Source of the DNA: Octopus bimaculoides
Lineage: Eukaryota
Reading direction: 5' to 3'
NCBI RefSeq assembly: GCF_001194135.2
Contig: NC_068989.1
Span: 91,309,808-91,354,012, forward strand
Length of the DNA stretch: 44,205 nt
Shown here: piece by piece, positions 25,584-37,997 of the stretch
Numbering within the stretch: position 1 is the first letter of the stretch
Layout of the letters: each line of letters opens with the position of its first letter
The notes under the pieces: model-generated
The model's database searches: none
Seen by the model: the letters and a program-made list of their open reading frames with translations, nothing else
Told to the model about the DNA's origin: nothing
Translations under genes and position numbers: made by a program

Positions 25584-26039
25584 CTAGTTTCTCTACTATT
25601 CTGACTGATATGAAGATATTAACAGGCATCGAACTTATTGGTCGTGTATGTAGCGAATATCGAGTTATTTTACGATTTAATATATTAATGAAATTTATTA
25701 TTGATTTTCAAGTCATACTATTTTCCGTACGCGAAATTACTCATTATAAATCTGTTTACCAATCTCAACCACAACTAGAGTAGCATGTTTATGTCCCAGT
25801 TTGCAGTCACAAGTGAATTCCTCAACTAGCGTTTATATTTTTTGTTGGACTGCTTGAAATGGTCTCCAAATTTCCTTAAAACACATCCTAGCGATTCTAA
25901 ATGGAAAGGCTGGTTACTTGATGCAATTCGAGATAAAATGTCAGACAGAAAAGCAGGATGGTCAACTTTAGGCAATCGGACTAATTGATTTAGTGCTCAC
26001 CTAAGACAACATTTCAATAAATTAGACTTTTTTTTACAA

Positions 26040-26173
26040 TATTTACATTATTTGCATTTGACGGGTATTTGTCCTCATCTTGTTTGTTCTTAACACAACG
26101 TTTCGGCTGATATACCCTGCAGCCTTCATCAGGTATCTTGGGGAAACGTTGTGTTAATAACAAACACGATGAG
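26040..26173 (-). mobile_element. Penelope-like terminal repeat with fold-back duplication
   Basis: Contains a canonical hammerhead core. 31-bp inverted arms 26074-26104 and 26143-26173 (2 mismatches). Confidence 0.7.
26092..26137 (-). ncRNA. hammerhead ribozyme, type I minimal (Penelope-type)
   Basis: The minus strand reads GATAC-CTGATGA-A-GGCTG(cagggtatat)CAGCC-GAAA-CG-TT-GTGTT: complete core, stem II 5 bp, palindromic stem III, stem I GATAC/GTGTT with G-U pairs. Confidence 0.8.
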
Positions 26174-26787
26174 TTCCTGTTGCTTGAAAAATACACTCTG
26201 TTAAACGAAACAGTGATGAATGAATAATAGAACATATGAGATTCAATAAGTTTCGTTTCGAGAGCTCCAAGTTTTCCTGACGGTCTCTGATGTTTGCTCT
26301 TGTAGTACAGTCAGAATCTTTGAATGATCACTGACTATGATATCACAGATCAATTCGTGATAAACGTTACATGGTTGGCGGTGTGCCTACTATATTATCT
26401 CGGATCAGTGATGAAGGAATCAATGATAACCGGAGATATATGAATCTGTAATAATGTTATGCACCCTATAATTCTCTGTCCGTTTGGCGAAAGTCACCAA
26501 TAACTGCAGTTCCAAAGACAGGTAACCAAACAACATCAACTACATATAGTGAGATATTTTTACTTTCTGTTGTTGCTAAGTTACCAACGCGTTAACTTCA
26601 AAGCGTCGCGTACGCACTGTGAATCGATTCTATGAAAAATTCAAAATGATTTTTCTCTTGACAGATCAAACTTGAACGACGTATTAAAAAGACTCAAATT
26701 TTCATCGATTGAATAACTCATTAGAATAATCCAGGACCAAGAAGAATATTTGTTGATTATTGAAAAAAGATTTCGAATCTGTTAAGA

Positions 26788-26940
26788 GTCTTTTCATCTT
26801 TTATCTTTTACTTGTTCCAATCATTAAACAGCGGCCATGCTAGGGCACAGATTTGAAGAATTTTAGATGAACGAATCGACCCCAGACTTTAATTCATAAA
26901 TAGCTATCAAGCGGTGGTGGGGCAGAAACACAGGCGTTAA
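26788..26940 (-). mobile_element. bipartite SINE right arm, partial
   Basis: GCGGCCATGCTAGGGCAC...GAATCGACCCCAG...TCAAGCGGTGGTGGGG. Confidence 0.75.
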
Positions 26941-27149
26941 ACCGCCAAAGCGAAGCAGTACAGTATGTTGCTTCTAAATTTCTGACAGAGTGAATTACGT
27001 CATGGTACTGTTTTTTTCTTTCTCACAGACGGCACCTAACTGACCTTACTACATTGTGTAGTCGACGAAATCAAAAACAATCAATGTCTATGCTTGAATT
27101 AGAAATATATAATAGCAAAATTTACCCATCGCACCGTGTATATATATAT

Positions 27150-27185
<36 letters not shown>

Positions 27186-27914
27186 CGTTTTGTGATTTAG
27201 TTTTGGTTTGCAAGATTCTTTATGTGAGTTCGTGTGTTGAAGCATATTCTGTTGTGTCTGAGGAGAGTCATTTTCTTTTTGTGCCTTATAATCTAACACA
27301 CTCACCGGTAAAATTTCCACTTATTTCTTATTTTTATTTTACTAAAATTTTCGTTGCATCTTGCAAGCTTTTCAATAGTCTTGATTCTGTCCGTTATTTG
27401 CACTGCATTCCTTTTTTATTGTTTGTGCGCATGTGTGTGGGTCAGTGTGTGTGTGTGCCTATCCATTCATGCATGCATGTATGTATGTATGTATGTATGT
27501 GTGTATACATATGTATATATGTATGTATGTATGTGTGTGCATCTGTGTGTATGTATTCTACATATTCATGTGGTTGCATGTCCGTGTTTGTGTATTTTTA
27601 TGTATGTATGTGTGTGAGCGTGTGTCTGTATATGTATGCACCTCTGTCTCCTTGTGTGCGCATGCCTGAGTGTGTGTGTGTGTTTTGCAACTATGTATCG
27701 TGTTTATATGTATGGATGTGCACCTCCATATGTGTGGACACGTGTCTCCATATGTGTCTTTGTGTGAAGTAAAGTGTGTGTGTATATATGGTCATGTGCT
27801 TCAGTCTCCATTTGCACATGTGTGCTTGTCTGTTAATATAACCTATGTACCTATCCGTCTGTATGTTGATCTGCTTATTTTCATATCCATATGCTTACAT
27901 ACATGTGCATATAC

Positions 27915-27962
27915 ACACCATGTGGTTGGGAAGAAAGCGTCTTACCACACAGCCACGCCTGT
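27915..27962 (-). mobile_element. bipartite SINE head fragment
   Basis: Reverse complement reads GGCACAGGCGTGGCTGTGTGGTAAG...CCCAACCACATGG. Confidence 0.75.
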
Positions 27963-28039
27963 GCCTATTCAGCTTAATGATATTTTGTTTAACTCACATT
28001 TTAATAACTTTTGGGTTCTCTAAATAAAAGTGGGTCTAT

Positions 28040-28438
28040 GCACGACGCGAGTGCGTGTTGAGACGTTAGCTTGCCAATCACATGGTTCCGCATTTATCCT
28101 ACTCCCTGACACGTTCGGCAAGTGTTTCTACTCTAGCGTTTGGCTGACCAAAAGCATTGTGAATGGATTTGGTAGGCAGAAACTATAAGAAGCACGTCTT
28201 GAAAACACACGCACGCACGCACGAACACACACACACGCGCACACATATCATTGCTCTTATGCTGGTTTGATCACATCACCGTTGCGTAGCGGTTCAGAAA
28301 ATGAAAGCGATAAGTACAAGGCTTAAAATAAAAAAATAAAAAAGTAGTCAGATCGATTCATTTGCTTAACAATTCTTCAAGACAGTGCCCCAGCAGGGCC
28401 GCAGGCTCATGACTGAAACAAGTAAAAAGATAAAAGAT
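28040..28438 (+). mobile_element. bipartite microsatellite-SINE, complete, diverged
   Basis: CAATCACATGGTTCC..GGCAAGTGTTTCTAC..(CACG)n/(CA)n..GATAAGTACAAGG..GTGCCCCAGCAGGGCCGCAG..GAAACAAGTAAAAAGA. Confidence 0.8.
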
Positions 28439-28483
28439 GGAGGATAAAAGCTGCGAAAAGAAATTAGAAATAAAATTTTAAAA

Positions 28484-29490
28484 TATCAGGTCATAAAGAA
28501 TGAAATGTCCGATTTTGAACTGAAAGTTTATTTTACTTTATTTCAACAAAAAGCAATGCAGTTAATCAAAGTATGCACCTAAATTCTGCACCTAAACACA
28601 ATTTTGCCATTGTATGCACCTAAACACAATTTTGCCATTTTATTACTAGCTTATTTATGCCGGCAGCGAAGGATTCTGGAGAGCAAGAGTTGATGAGATC
28701 ACGAAAAGCTGTTTTTGCATTTTCTTTGCAAAAGGTTGTTTAATGCCTGGAAAACGTGATAGTGAGTGAGTTGGTGCAAGGTCTGGTGAATACGGTGGAT
28801 GACAGAGTACTTCCAAGTTCAGTTCCTGTAACTTGAGTAGCGTTCTTTGTGCAACATGTGGCCGAGCATTGTCTTGCAAGAGAAATGGCCTGTCTCTATT
28901 GACCAATCTCAGTTGTTTAATTGCAAATTCACTCATCATTTCATCCTCCTGGTTGATGTATACATCCGCTGTAATTGACTTACCAGGTCCCATGAAACTG
29001 TACTGAATGACACCAGAGCCGGACCACCGAGTAGACACCATTAGCTCTCTTTGGTGAATATTCTTTTTTGGATTTGTGTTTTGGCACTTCGTCTCTATCC
29101 AACCACCGTTCAGAACGCTAGCGATTGTTGAAAAGAATCCATTTTTCATTACACGAAACAATACGTTGCAAAAATGTTTCACTTTTATGCCGTGACAGCA
29201 CAGAACAGCAAGTTTCAAGACGACGCGTCATTTGATGCTCGTTCAGCTCGTGTGGTACCCACTTGTCCAGCTTCTGTACCTTGCTGACGTGTTTCAGATG
29301 GCCCAATATAGTTGGAACCGAGACATTATACATTCCTGATATCTCACGCGTAGTTTGAGATGTATCCGCTATAGGTTCCAGCTCAGCATTATCGATCTTG
29401 GTCCGACATCTACCACGGAGCTGATGACAGAATATCCCATACTCAGGGATATCCCAGAAACAGCTGTAAAACTGAATTTTTTCCATTAAA
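28484..29490 (-). mobile_element. mariner (D,D34D-type) DNA transposon, inactive
   Basis: WVPHEL, SCNEKW (first catalytic D mutated to N), LLQDNARPH, HPPYSPDLAP (third D lost), frameshifted. TA-TCAGG TIR-like end at 28484; 25-bp tandem duplication near 28587-28639. Confidence 0.95.
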
Positions 29491-30712
29491 AATAATATCG
29501 TATACGACTTAAAATGTTTACTTTGCCTTAATATCTGTTGTCCTTTTTAACAATTATATATCCGATACATCGAAAATCTGCAATGGCTCTATAACTACCG
29601 TCTCGGCTGTAACCTTGGAACCCTAATAATCCGTAACACCACTTATCTAGCGTAGATAATCGTTTAGATCACCTGTGAACTTAACACTATACTTTTGTGT
29701 ATATGTATATACATACATATATATATATGTATATATATGTATTGCGTCTATGTATATACATACNNNNNNNNNNNNNNNNNNNNNNNNNNNNNNNNNNNNN
29801 NNNNNNNNNNNNNNNNNNNNNNNNNNNNNNNNNNNNNNNNNNNNNNNNNNNNNNNNNNNNNNNNNNNNNNNNNNNNNNNNNNNNNNNNNNNNNNNNNNNN
29901 NNNNNNNNNNNNNNNNNNNNNNNNNNNNNNNNNNNNNNNNNNNNNNNNNNNNNNNNNNNNNNNNNNNNNNNNNNNNNNNNNNNNNNNNNNNNNNNNNNNN
30001 NNNNNNNNNNNNNNNNNNNNNNNNNNNNNNNNNNNNNNNNNNNNNNNNNNNATATATATATATATATATATATATAGATACATAGATAGATAGATATATA
30101 TGTATATGTATATGTATATATATGTATTGCGTCTATGTATATACATACATATTATTTATATATATATTGGTATATATATGTCTATGTATATATATATATA
30201 TATGTACATATATTCACATACACACATATACGCATAAATACATATTCACACACACCTAACAATATAGTATGACAGAAGGATGGAATGAGAGAGGGAGGGA
30301 AAGGCGGTGAACCCGATACATTAACAGAGAAATTCAAATACCTCTGTAAGTGCATGGCAAACGTGTTTGTGTGTTTGTATAGATGTGGACACATATATTT
30401 CAAAGTTTGTAGATATTCGAAAGAAGTATTCGTGTCGTGAATATTCTCGTTTTGACAAAACATCAATATGAAGTGGATTTTAGAAAGCTTAAGAAAAAAG
30501 AGACGTAAAATACGGCAGGAAGCCAAGGTAGATAGGAAATGTTGACAGAAGCCTGTTGTTCCATGAATATATCCAGAGGGAGAGAGCGATAAAAGGTGAA
30601 TAAATAAAAAGATAGATCGATATATAGATACTTAGATAGGAAGATAATCAGATGCATAGATAAGATGATATACAGATAGATGGATGGGAAGAGAGAAAGG
30701 TACGTACGTAGA

Positions 30713-30781
<69 letters not shown>

Positions 30782-31366
30782 NNNNNNNNNNNNNNNNNNN
30801 NNNNNNNNNNNNNNNNNNNNNNNNNNNNNNNNNNNNNNNNNNNNNNNNNNNNNNNNNNNNNNNNNNNNNNNNNNNNNNNNNNNNNNNNNNNNNNNNNNNN
30901 NNNNNNNNNNNNNNNNNNNNNNNNNNNNNNNNNNNNNNNNNNNNNNNNNNNNNNNNNNNNNNNNNNNNNNNNNNNNNNNNNNNNNNNNNNNNNNNNNNNN
31001 NNNNNNNNNNNNNNNNNNNNNNNNNNNNNNNNNNNNNNNNNNNNNNNNNNNNNNNNNNNNNNNNNNNNNNNNNNNNNNNNNNNNNNNNNNNNNNNNNNNN
31101 NNNNNNNNNNNNNNNNNNNNNNNNNNNNNNNNNNNNNNNNNNNNNNNNNNNNNNNNNNNNNNNNNNNNNNNNNNNNNNNNNNNNNNNNNNNNNNNNNNNN
31201 NNNNNNNNNNNNNNNNNNNNNNNNNNNNNNNNNNNNNNNNNNNNNNNNNNNNNNNNNNTAAATACATTGACAGACAGATGCAAAGGTTGGTTGAATGATA
31301 GATAGATAGGCAGACAGACAGACAGATAGATAGTTCGATCGATCGATCGATCGACCGATCAATCGC

Positions 31367-31399
<33 letters not shown>

Positions 31400-32008
31400 G
31401 CATGAAGGTACAAATAAATGGCATGATAAATAATAGCTACTTAGATAGGTCTGATCGATACGTAGATATGGGATTGAAAGAATAGACAGACGTATCTGTT
31501 GCTACTTACATAAATAGATGAAAATATATTGCATGGAATGTGTATATGTCAATGTGTAGGCAAAAGCAATGAGAAAGAGAAAGAGAGAGAGAAGAGAAGA
31601 GAAAGACAACAACAAAAGAAAATGAAATAGAGGATGAAAACACGAATAAAGTTAAAATCTGTATAACAGAAAGGGTTTGAATTGCAGGCTGGGTTCTAAG
31701 AATCACGTGATTTGTCAGCTCAAAGCACATGATTGGTTGAGAAAGAAAATCATCTGCTCACGTATCTTTCTGTCCCGGTCACTCTGCAAAGCCAAGCGTG
31801 TGAGGGATTCGTAAGCCATTTCATGTCGCATACGTTATCTCCTTCAAATGTCCAAACGTCCAGATGTCATGATAGATACGAGCGCTCCGAGCCGTCGCAA
31901 AATATCAGCCAAGCGTAACCATCGTGATTCTTCCTAAGCACATGACTACAGGTATAAGAATCTATATACGCGTTTGCATTGGTTGAAGTTTGTGAGAGTA
32001 TGCATGTT

Positions 32009-32043
<35 letters not shown>

Positions 32044-32961
32044 NNNNNNNNNNNNNNNNNNNNNNNNNNNNNNNNNNNNNNNNNNNNNNNNNNNNNNNNN
32101 NNNNNNNNNNNNNNNNNNNNNNNNNNNNNNNNNNNNNNNNNNNNNNNNNNNNNNNNNNNNNNNNNNNNNNNNNNNNNNNNNNNNNNNNNNNNNNNNNNNN
32201 NNNNNNNNNNNNNNNNNNNNNNNNNNNNNNNNNNNNNNNNNNNNNNNNNNNNNNNNNNNNNNNNNNNNNNNNNNNNNNNNNNNNNNNNNNNNNNNNNNNN
32301 NNNNNNNNNNNNNNNNNNNNNNNNNNNNNNNNNNNNNNNNNNNNNNNNNNNNNNNNNNNNNNNNNNNNNNNNNNNNNNNNNNNNNNNNNNNNNNNNNNNN
32401 NNNNNNNNNNNNNNNNNNNNNNNNNNNNNNNNNNNNNNNNNNNNNNNNNNNNNNNNNNNNNNNNNNNNNNNNNNNNNNNNNNNNNNNNNNNNNNNNNNNN
32501 NNNNNNNNNNNNNNATATATATATATATATATATACATATATATATACGTATATTTATATACTTAAATAATACATGATGTGTAGATATGTATATATTTGT
32601 ATATAGATATCTTATACATATCTATGCATATGCACATATGTATGCATGTGTGTGTGTGGGTGTATTGATAGGTATATAAATATATATCTTCTTGTATATA
32701 GAACTTCTATATGATTTATCGATATTCTTCATAGGTATTCCATTCCTATACACCGGCCGCGATTGGTAAGGATATTCAGAGATTCGGATAAAAAGCCCTG
32801 CAGCTTTCGGTTCGGCCTTTTGCGCTCTTGAGGTGAACTCACGTCAAGGTTCACGTTGTCTCTCATACTTCTTTTTTGTTCATTGTTCCTTCCACCTCCT
32901 AAGCATAACCAAAGGTCCACTCTCCACAATGTGGTAAGATAACAAAGGCGGCAATAAACTC

Positions 32962-33062
<101 letters not shown>

Positions 33063-33280
33063 GTATATATTCATAAATTCAAGAGGTGCGGGAGGTGGAG
33101 ATAGATTTATTTTTCCATGTGATTTCCATTGATTGCAGATGATTCGTAACCTTCTCCATGTAGTATTATCAATTTTAGTATGGAAGAAATTATGCGTACG
33201 CGTTTGCACGAATATGTATGCCCAACGTTATACAAAACAATTTGATGATGAAAAGCGAATGCAAATAAAGACAGCTAGCT

Positions 33281-33612
33281 CATCAGATCATACTGGAGCA
33301 CCGCCTTGAAGAAATTTTGACGAACGAATCGACCTCAGCGATTATTTTCTAAAGCATGGTGCTTATTCTATCGTCCGATTTTGCCGAACCACCGATGTTA
33401 CGACGACGTAAACATACAAAAACACCGGTCGTCAAGCGTTGGCAGGCGACAAATATATATACAAAAATACACTCCATATACATATATACATACACGCCAG
33501 TCATTCTGTTTCTGTTTACCAATTCTACTCATAAGGCTTCGGTCAGCCCGATGCTGTGGGAAGAGGCACTTGCCTGCGATGTCACGCAATGGGACTGAAT
33601 CGGGAACCACGC
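33281..33612 (-). mobile_element. bipartite SINE, diverged, short internal microsatellite
   Basis: CATACTGGAGCACCGCC...CTTATTCTATCG...GTCAAGCG..(TA/CA)..TTTCTGTTTACCAA...GCACTTGCC...GGGAACCAC. Confidence 0.8.
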
Positions 33613-33997
33613 CTTCGCCATGACAGACCCTCAGTAAAGTTGCACAGACAGCTAACAAATCGAACGTAGTAAGATGCAAATTCATTTGTTAGTTTTCTAT
33701 GCAAATGGAACCTGCGTCGAACAAATTTAAACCAAATATAACAGTAAAAACTAAAAACAAATTATTCTGATGTACTACTTTCCGTATTTGTTATAATTGT
33801 CTTGGATATGTACTCAGTAAAATATTCATAATCTAGCGAAGCGATTCCAGAACTCACCCATCGGAAGAATTACAGTGGGATTGGTCACCTTAAGTAATCT
33901 TTGGCGCTTCTAACAACACGATACGAGTAGCTGAGTGCTTGAGTGCCCTATCTATTAATTACATATACAAATACACGCACACACACACACACACACA

Positions 33998-34043
<46 letters not shown>

Positions 34044-34419
34044 TATATATATTTTCAAAGTTTGCAAGACGCAACGAAAATTTTAGGAAAATAAAAATAA
34101 NNNNNNNNNNNNNNNNNNNNNNNNNNNNNNNNNNNNNNNNNNNNNNNNNNNNNNNNNNNNNNNNNNNNNNNNNNNNNTATATATATATAAGACAATGTAG
34201 GAAATGATAAAATAATTTCATCATGAAGAATATTTTAGTACCGGTTTCAGTCTTTGCGACTTTTTCAACTTAGAGTAAAGCATGAAAAACAATGAAATTT
34301 TGGACAAATTAAACGGAATTTTGTTTAAAATATTTCCATAGTTTTCAAATGAGTGAAAAAGAGATACAGATACAGACAGAAAAAAGGAAAATGTCCCTTG
34401 CATTTGAAAATAAATAATT

Positions 34420-34573
34420 TTCTACATAGTTTCCGTCAACAAATTTCGCTCACAAATCATTGGTCGCCGTGGGTGTATGGTAGAGGACACTCAATCATGT
34501 TATCCCGCAGTGAGATTCAGCCTCAAAATTCGTGGTTACATGTTGAACAAAATCACGCAGTTATCCCTGCGCC
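34420..34573 (-). mobile_element. bipartite SINE left arm
   Basis: AGTTTCCGTCAACAAATTTCGCTCACAA...CCCTGCGCC (head start, reverse complement). Confidence 0.65.
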
Positions 34574-34934
34574 ATACATATATATTAATACATATTGATT
34601 CAGTTTTCAATTTCAATACATATTTGAAACATCAGTTACGAATTTATAATTTGCCGTGTACAAATTTGTAAAAGAAAGACAAGCTAAGATCTAAAATATT
34701 TAATTTCTTACGGCCTATTAGCAATTTCAAATTATCTGGGTTGACTGGCATCCGTGAGAAAACTTATTAAAGCCATGTAAATGCCATAACAAATGATTCT
34801 CATTAACATTTTAATATATTTATGAGATATTTTTTATAAGGAATTTTACATTGTTTTCTTTCATTTATGTAAATGAAAAACGATTGCGGTGAACTCTTGA
34901 TGAAGTTTAAACAATTTCGGTTTCATTTTTTTTC

Positions 34935-35160
34935 CATGTTTGAGACATAAGAGTATGACCATGCTGTAGCACCACTTTGAAGGTTTTATGCGAATAAATA
35001 CACACAAGTACTTAGTGTTTTTTTCCAAAACTGCTGCTTAGTCTGTTTGTATCTTTCGCTGAACTGCTAGGTTGCGGGGGACACGAACCAACACTGGCTA
35101 TCAATCGGTGGGTGGGGCGGCGTTGGGGGACAAAGAGCGACACACTGGGAGACACACAAA
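34935..35160 (-). mobile_element. bipartite SINE right arm followed by (CA)n
   Basis: GACCATGCTGTAGCACCAC...GCTGAACTGCTAGGTTGCGGGGAC...GGGGGACAAA. Confidence 0.7.
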
Positions 35161-35161
35161 T

Positions 35162-35229
<68 letters not shown>

Positions 35230-35289
35230 ACACGTATATGTATATATGAACGAGAGCAAATCAAATGCAACAAATACCTTAGTGATGGT

Positions 35290-35480
35290 GTTTAACTTAT
35301 GTACAAAACAGTCATTTTTGAAAAAAGGGGTTAAGTCGATGAAGTCGACCCCCCAGAGAAACGAAAGGCAAAGCTGGTTTCGCCAGAACTTGAATTTAGA
35401 ATGTAAAAAGTCATAATATAAAAAATGCACGAAGCGTTTTACTCGACACCCGAATGGCTCTGCCAATCTGATACCCCCAA
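35290..35480 (-). mobile_element. SINE family A, internally deleted and diverged
   Basis: AAGTCGATGAAGTCGACCCC, GAAAGGCAAAG, CTCTGCCAATC. Confidence 0.6.
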
Positions 35481-35579
35481 CAATAACGAAAATACTTATT
35501 TCGAATTTTGGTATGAAGCCAGTAATTCTGAAGTGAGAGAAAAAGTCGATTATCTCGATCTCAGTACATGACTGATTAT

Positions 35580-35660
35580 TTATAATATCGACTCAAAATT
35601 GATAAAGACAAAGTCGTCCTCGCGGAATTTGAACTCAAAACATCTTTCACCGCCTTAATT
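35580..35660 (-). mobile_element. SINE family A fragment
   Basis: AAAGACAAAGTCGTCCTCGCGGAATTTGAACTC. Confidence 0.65.
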
Positions 35661-35663
35661 ATG

Positions 35664-35732
<69 letters not shown>

Positions 35733-35780
35733 ACAACAACTGCTACTATAATAAATAATAATAATAACAATAATAATAAA
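35664..35780. repeat. compound trinucleotide microsatellite (CAG)n(CAA)n(TAA)n
   Basis: Read directly. Confidence 0.95.
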
Positions 35781-36205
35781 CAGCAAGTCACAAACTGTGC
35801 CAACTTTCTCTTCGAAGGCACATTGTAAACCAGGAATACAAGAATGGTAGCTATCACACACACAGAGAATTAGATAGAACGCTTATAATTCAGGAACTTT
35901 CGCCAGCAATTTCTGTGAAAATTTGCTAGTCTGAGACTTAAAGTATGTCGGCTCCATTACTAGTGATAATTATATTGTAGAAAATGTAATTATGTTTGCT
36001 AAAGGAATTGCAATGACATTGATTAACCAATGCGTTAATTAGCAGTTGTTGATATAGAAGATTCGTCTTCTCTGCCAAATAACCCCTTGCGTATTATCTA
36101 AACACCACTAAATTTATAAATACCGAGAAATCAGTGGGAAAACTACTGTAGTAGAAGATGCAGTAACGGCTGCAGCAACTACAATAGCAACAAGAACAGC
36201 TTAAA

Positions 36206-36246
<41 letters not shown>

Positions 36247-36404
36247 AATATGGTGCTTTATCTGCTGCTTCCAAATCGCTCTATGAGTAAGGCAAGGTGT
36301 TTGCGATAATACAAATGCATGCGACGGCGGGACGCTTGAAAACGACGGTTAGTATCAAATGATCACGTGCACCGTGTGTTTGCTAACTGCGTTTGGTGTC
36401 TCAG

Positions 36405-36472
36405 CAGACAGGAGCAAAGATGAACGCCGTCTTAGTCCTAGCTCAGAGGAATATGAAGTAGTTAATACATGA
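36405..36472 (+). CDS. candidate terminal coding exon (ADRSKDERRLSPSSEEYEVVNT*)
   Basis: GCTAAC branch point, ...GTCTCAG acceptor, open 21-codon frame to TGA. No homologue recognised. Confidence 0.25.
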
Positions 36473-36949
36473 AAAGAAGAGAACGTTATCCCTGATTCGG
36501 CTGCAAAGATTTCCAACTGAATGGACTGTTGAAAACTGAAATGAAATATCTTGCTAAAAGAAAAAAAAAAAAAAATGCAATCTGTTTCCCGTTTCAGAAA
36601 CTGAAACCGCGACATCATAATCACGAGACCAACTTACAATTCACGTACCTTATCACGCACACATATACAAATTCAAACCCCAAAGAATTCCTCTCAACAC
36701 ATGGCTATGATGCTCCCCCTCTACTTCTGCTCATGATCAGAGATGCACATATCGTCAGCCACCAAGGGACATGCTCAACTAGTTAAGGTCAAACAACTGA
36801 CCAGCAAATCTGTGGTATTGAGCAGAATATTTGCTGTAGCCCAGCTCGTATACCAAGAAAAAACAATGTGCATGATAACACTTCCAATCAGTTAAGATCA
36901 GAAGCCATGAGAGCCACTGCCTGATACATTATTATTATTATATATATCA

Positions 36950-36961
36950 TCATCATCATCG

Positions 36962-37026
<65 letters not shown>
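36950..37026. repeat. (TCA)n(TTA)n microsatellite
   Basis: Read directly. Confidence 0.95.
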
Positions 37027-37028
<2 letters not shown>

Positions 37029-37304
37029 ATGTGACATAGCTTGCTGGTGTCATCAATGTACCTACTGCTCACTTCCAGTGTGCTAGGCTGGAACGTTCTT
37101 TTCAAGCTTGTGGGGCTTTGCCGAGACTCTCTACACTTCCAAGTAATGCCGTATCCTTGACTTGTTTTATTTTCATTTTCCTAGCAGTTTACTCCAAAAA
37201 CTTCTCAATTTTTGCGCTCCCTGAACTTAAAGCACCAATGATTATCCATAAGATATACAGATTTGTCATTTAGCGGAGCATTTTTGATTTTTGATTTCTC
37301 TCTT

Positions 37305-37579
37305 TACAACTTTATATTTCATACTTGTTTCAGACATTAGACTGCGGCCATGCTGGGGCAACACCTTCATTAATTTTTTAGATGAAGGAATCGACCCCAG
37401 TACTTATTTAAGCCGAGTATTTATTTCAATTTACGGGGACGTAAACACACCAACACTGGTGGTCAAGCGTTCTAGGGAGATAAACACAGACACAAAGTCA
37501 GGCAGACACACTCACTCACATGCGCACACAAACACGTATACATATACATATTTGTGTGTGTGTGTGTGTGCGTATATGC

Positions 37580-37613
<34 letters not shown>

Positions 37614-37722
37614 GGCAGGTTTCTTTCGGTTCCTGTCTACCAAATCCAGACACAATGCTTTGGTCAACCTGAGGTGCCACGCAGTAGTACTGATCCGGGA
37701 ACCATGTCGTTGGGAAGCAACC
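37305..37722 (-). mobile_element. bipartite microsatellite-SINE, complete
   Basis: GACTGCGGCCATGCTGGGGCAAC...GGGGACGTAAACACACC...microsatellite 37505-37612...GGAACCATGTCGTTGGGAAGC. Confidence 0.88.
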
Positions 37723-37811
37723 ATATATATATATGAATATATATATATATATATATGTATANNNNNNNNNNTATATATATATATATATACACATGTATAT
37801 ATATATACATA

Positions 37812-37854
<43 letters not shown>

Positions 37855-37858
<4 letters not shown>

Positions 37859-37997
37859 CGGTCTTCTTTCAGTTTCCGTCTACAAAATCAACTCAAAAGG
37901 CTATAGTAGAAGAAAGAAGCCCGAGGTGCCACGCAGTGGGATTGAGCTCTGAACCATGTGGTTGGGAAGCGAGCTTCTTACCACACAATCACACCTG
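37855..37997 (-). mobile_element. bipartite SINE left arm, in tandem with the previous copy
   Basis: CGACGGTCTTCTTTCAGTTTCCGTCTAC...GGTGCCACGCAGTGGG...CTTACCACACAATCACACCTGCG. Confidence 0.85.

Noticed and set aside
29700-30150. Identical TATGTATTGCGTCTATGTATATACATAC on both sides of a gap
   Set aside because: Most likely an assembly overlap or collapsed tandem repeat, not a TSD.
31700-31960. CpG-rich segment with CACGTG and CCAAT boxes and splice-like sites
   Set aside because: The candidate exons have stops in every usable frame, and the motifs alone are too common to support a promoter call.
35664-35720. (CAG)n as a polyQ/polyA coding tract
   Set aside because: It is flanked by SINE fragments and (TAA)n stops, with no splice signals.
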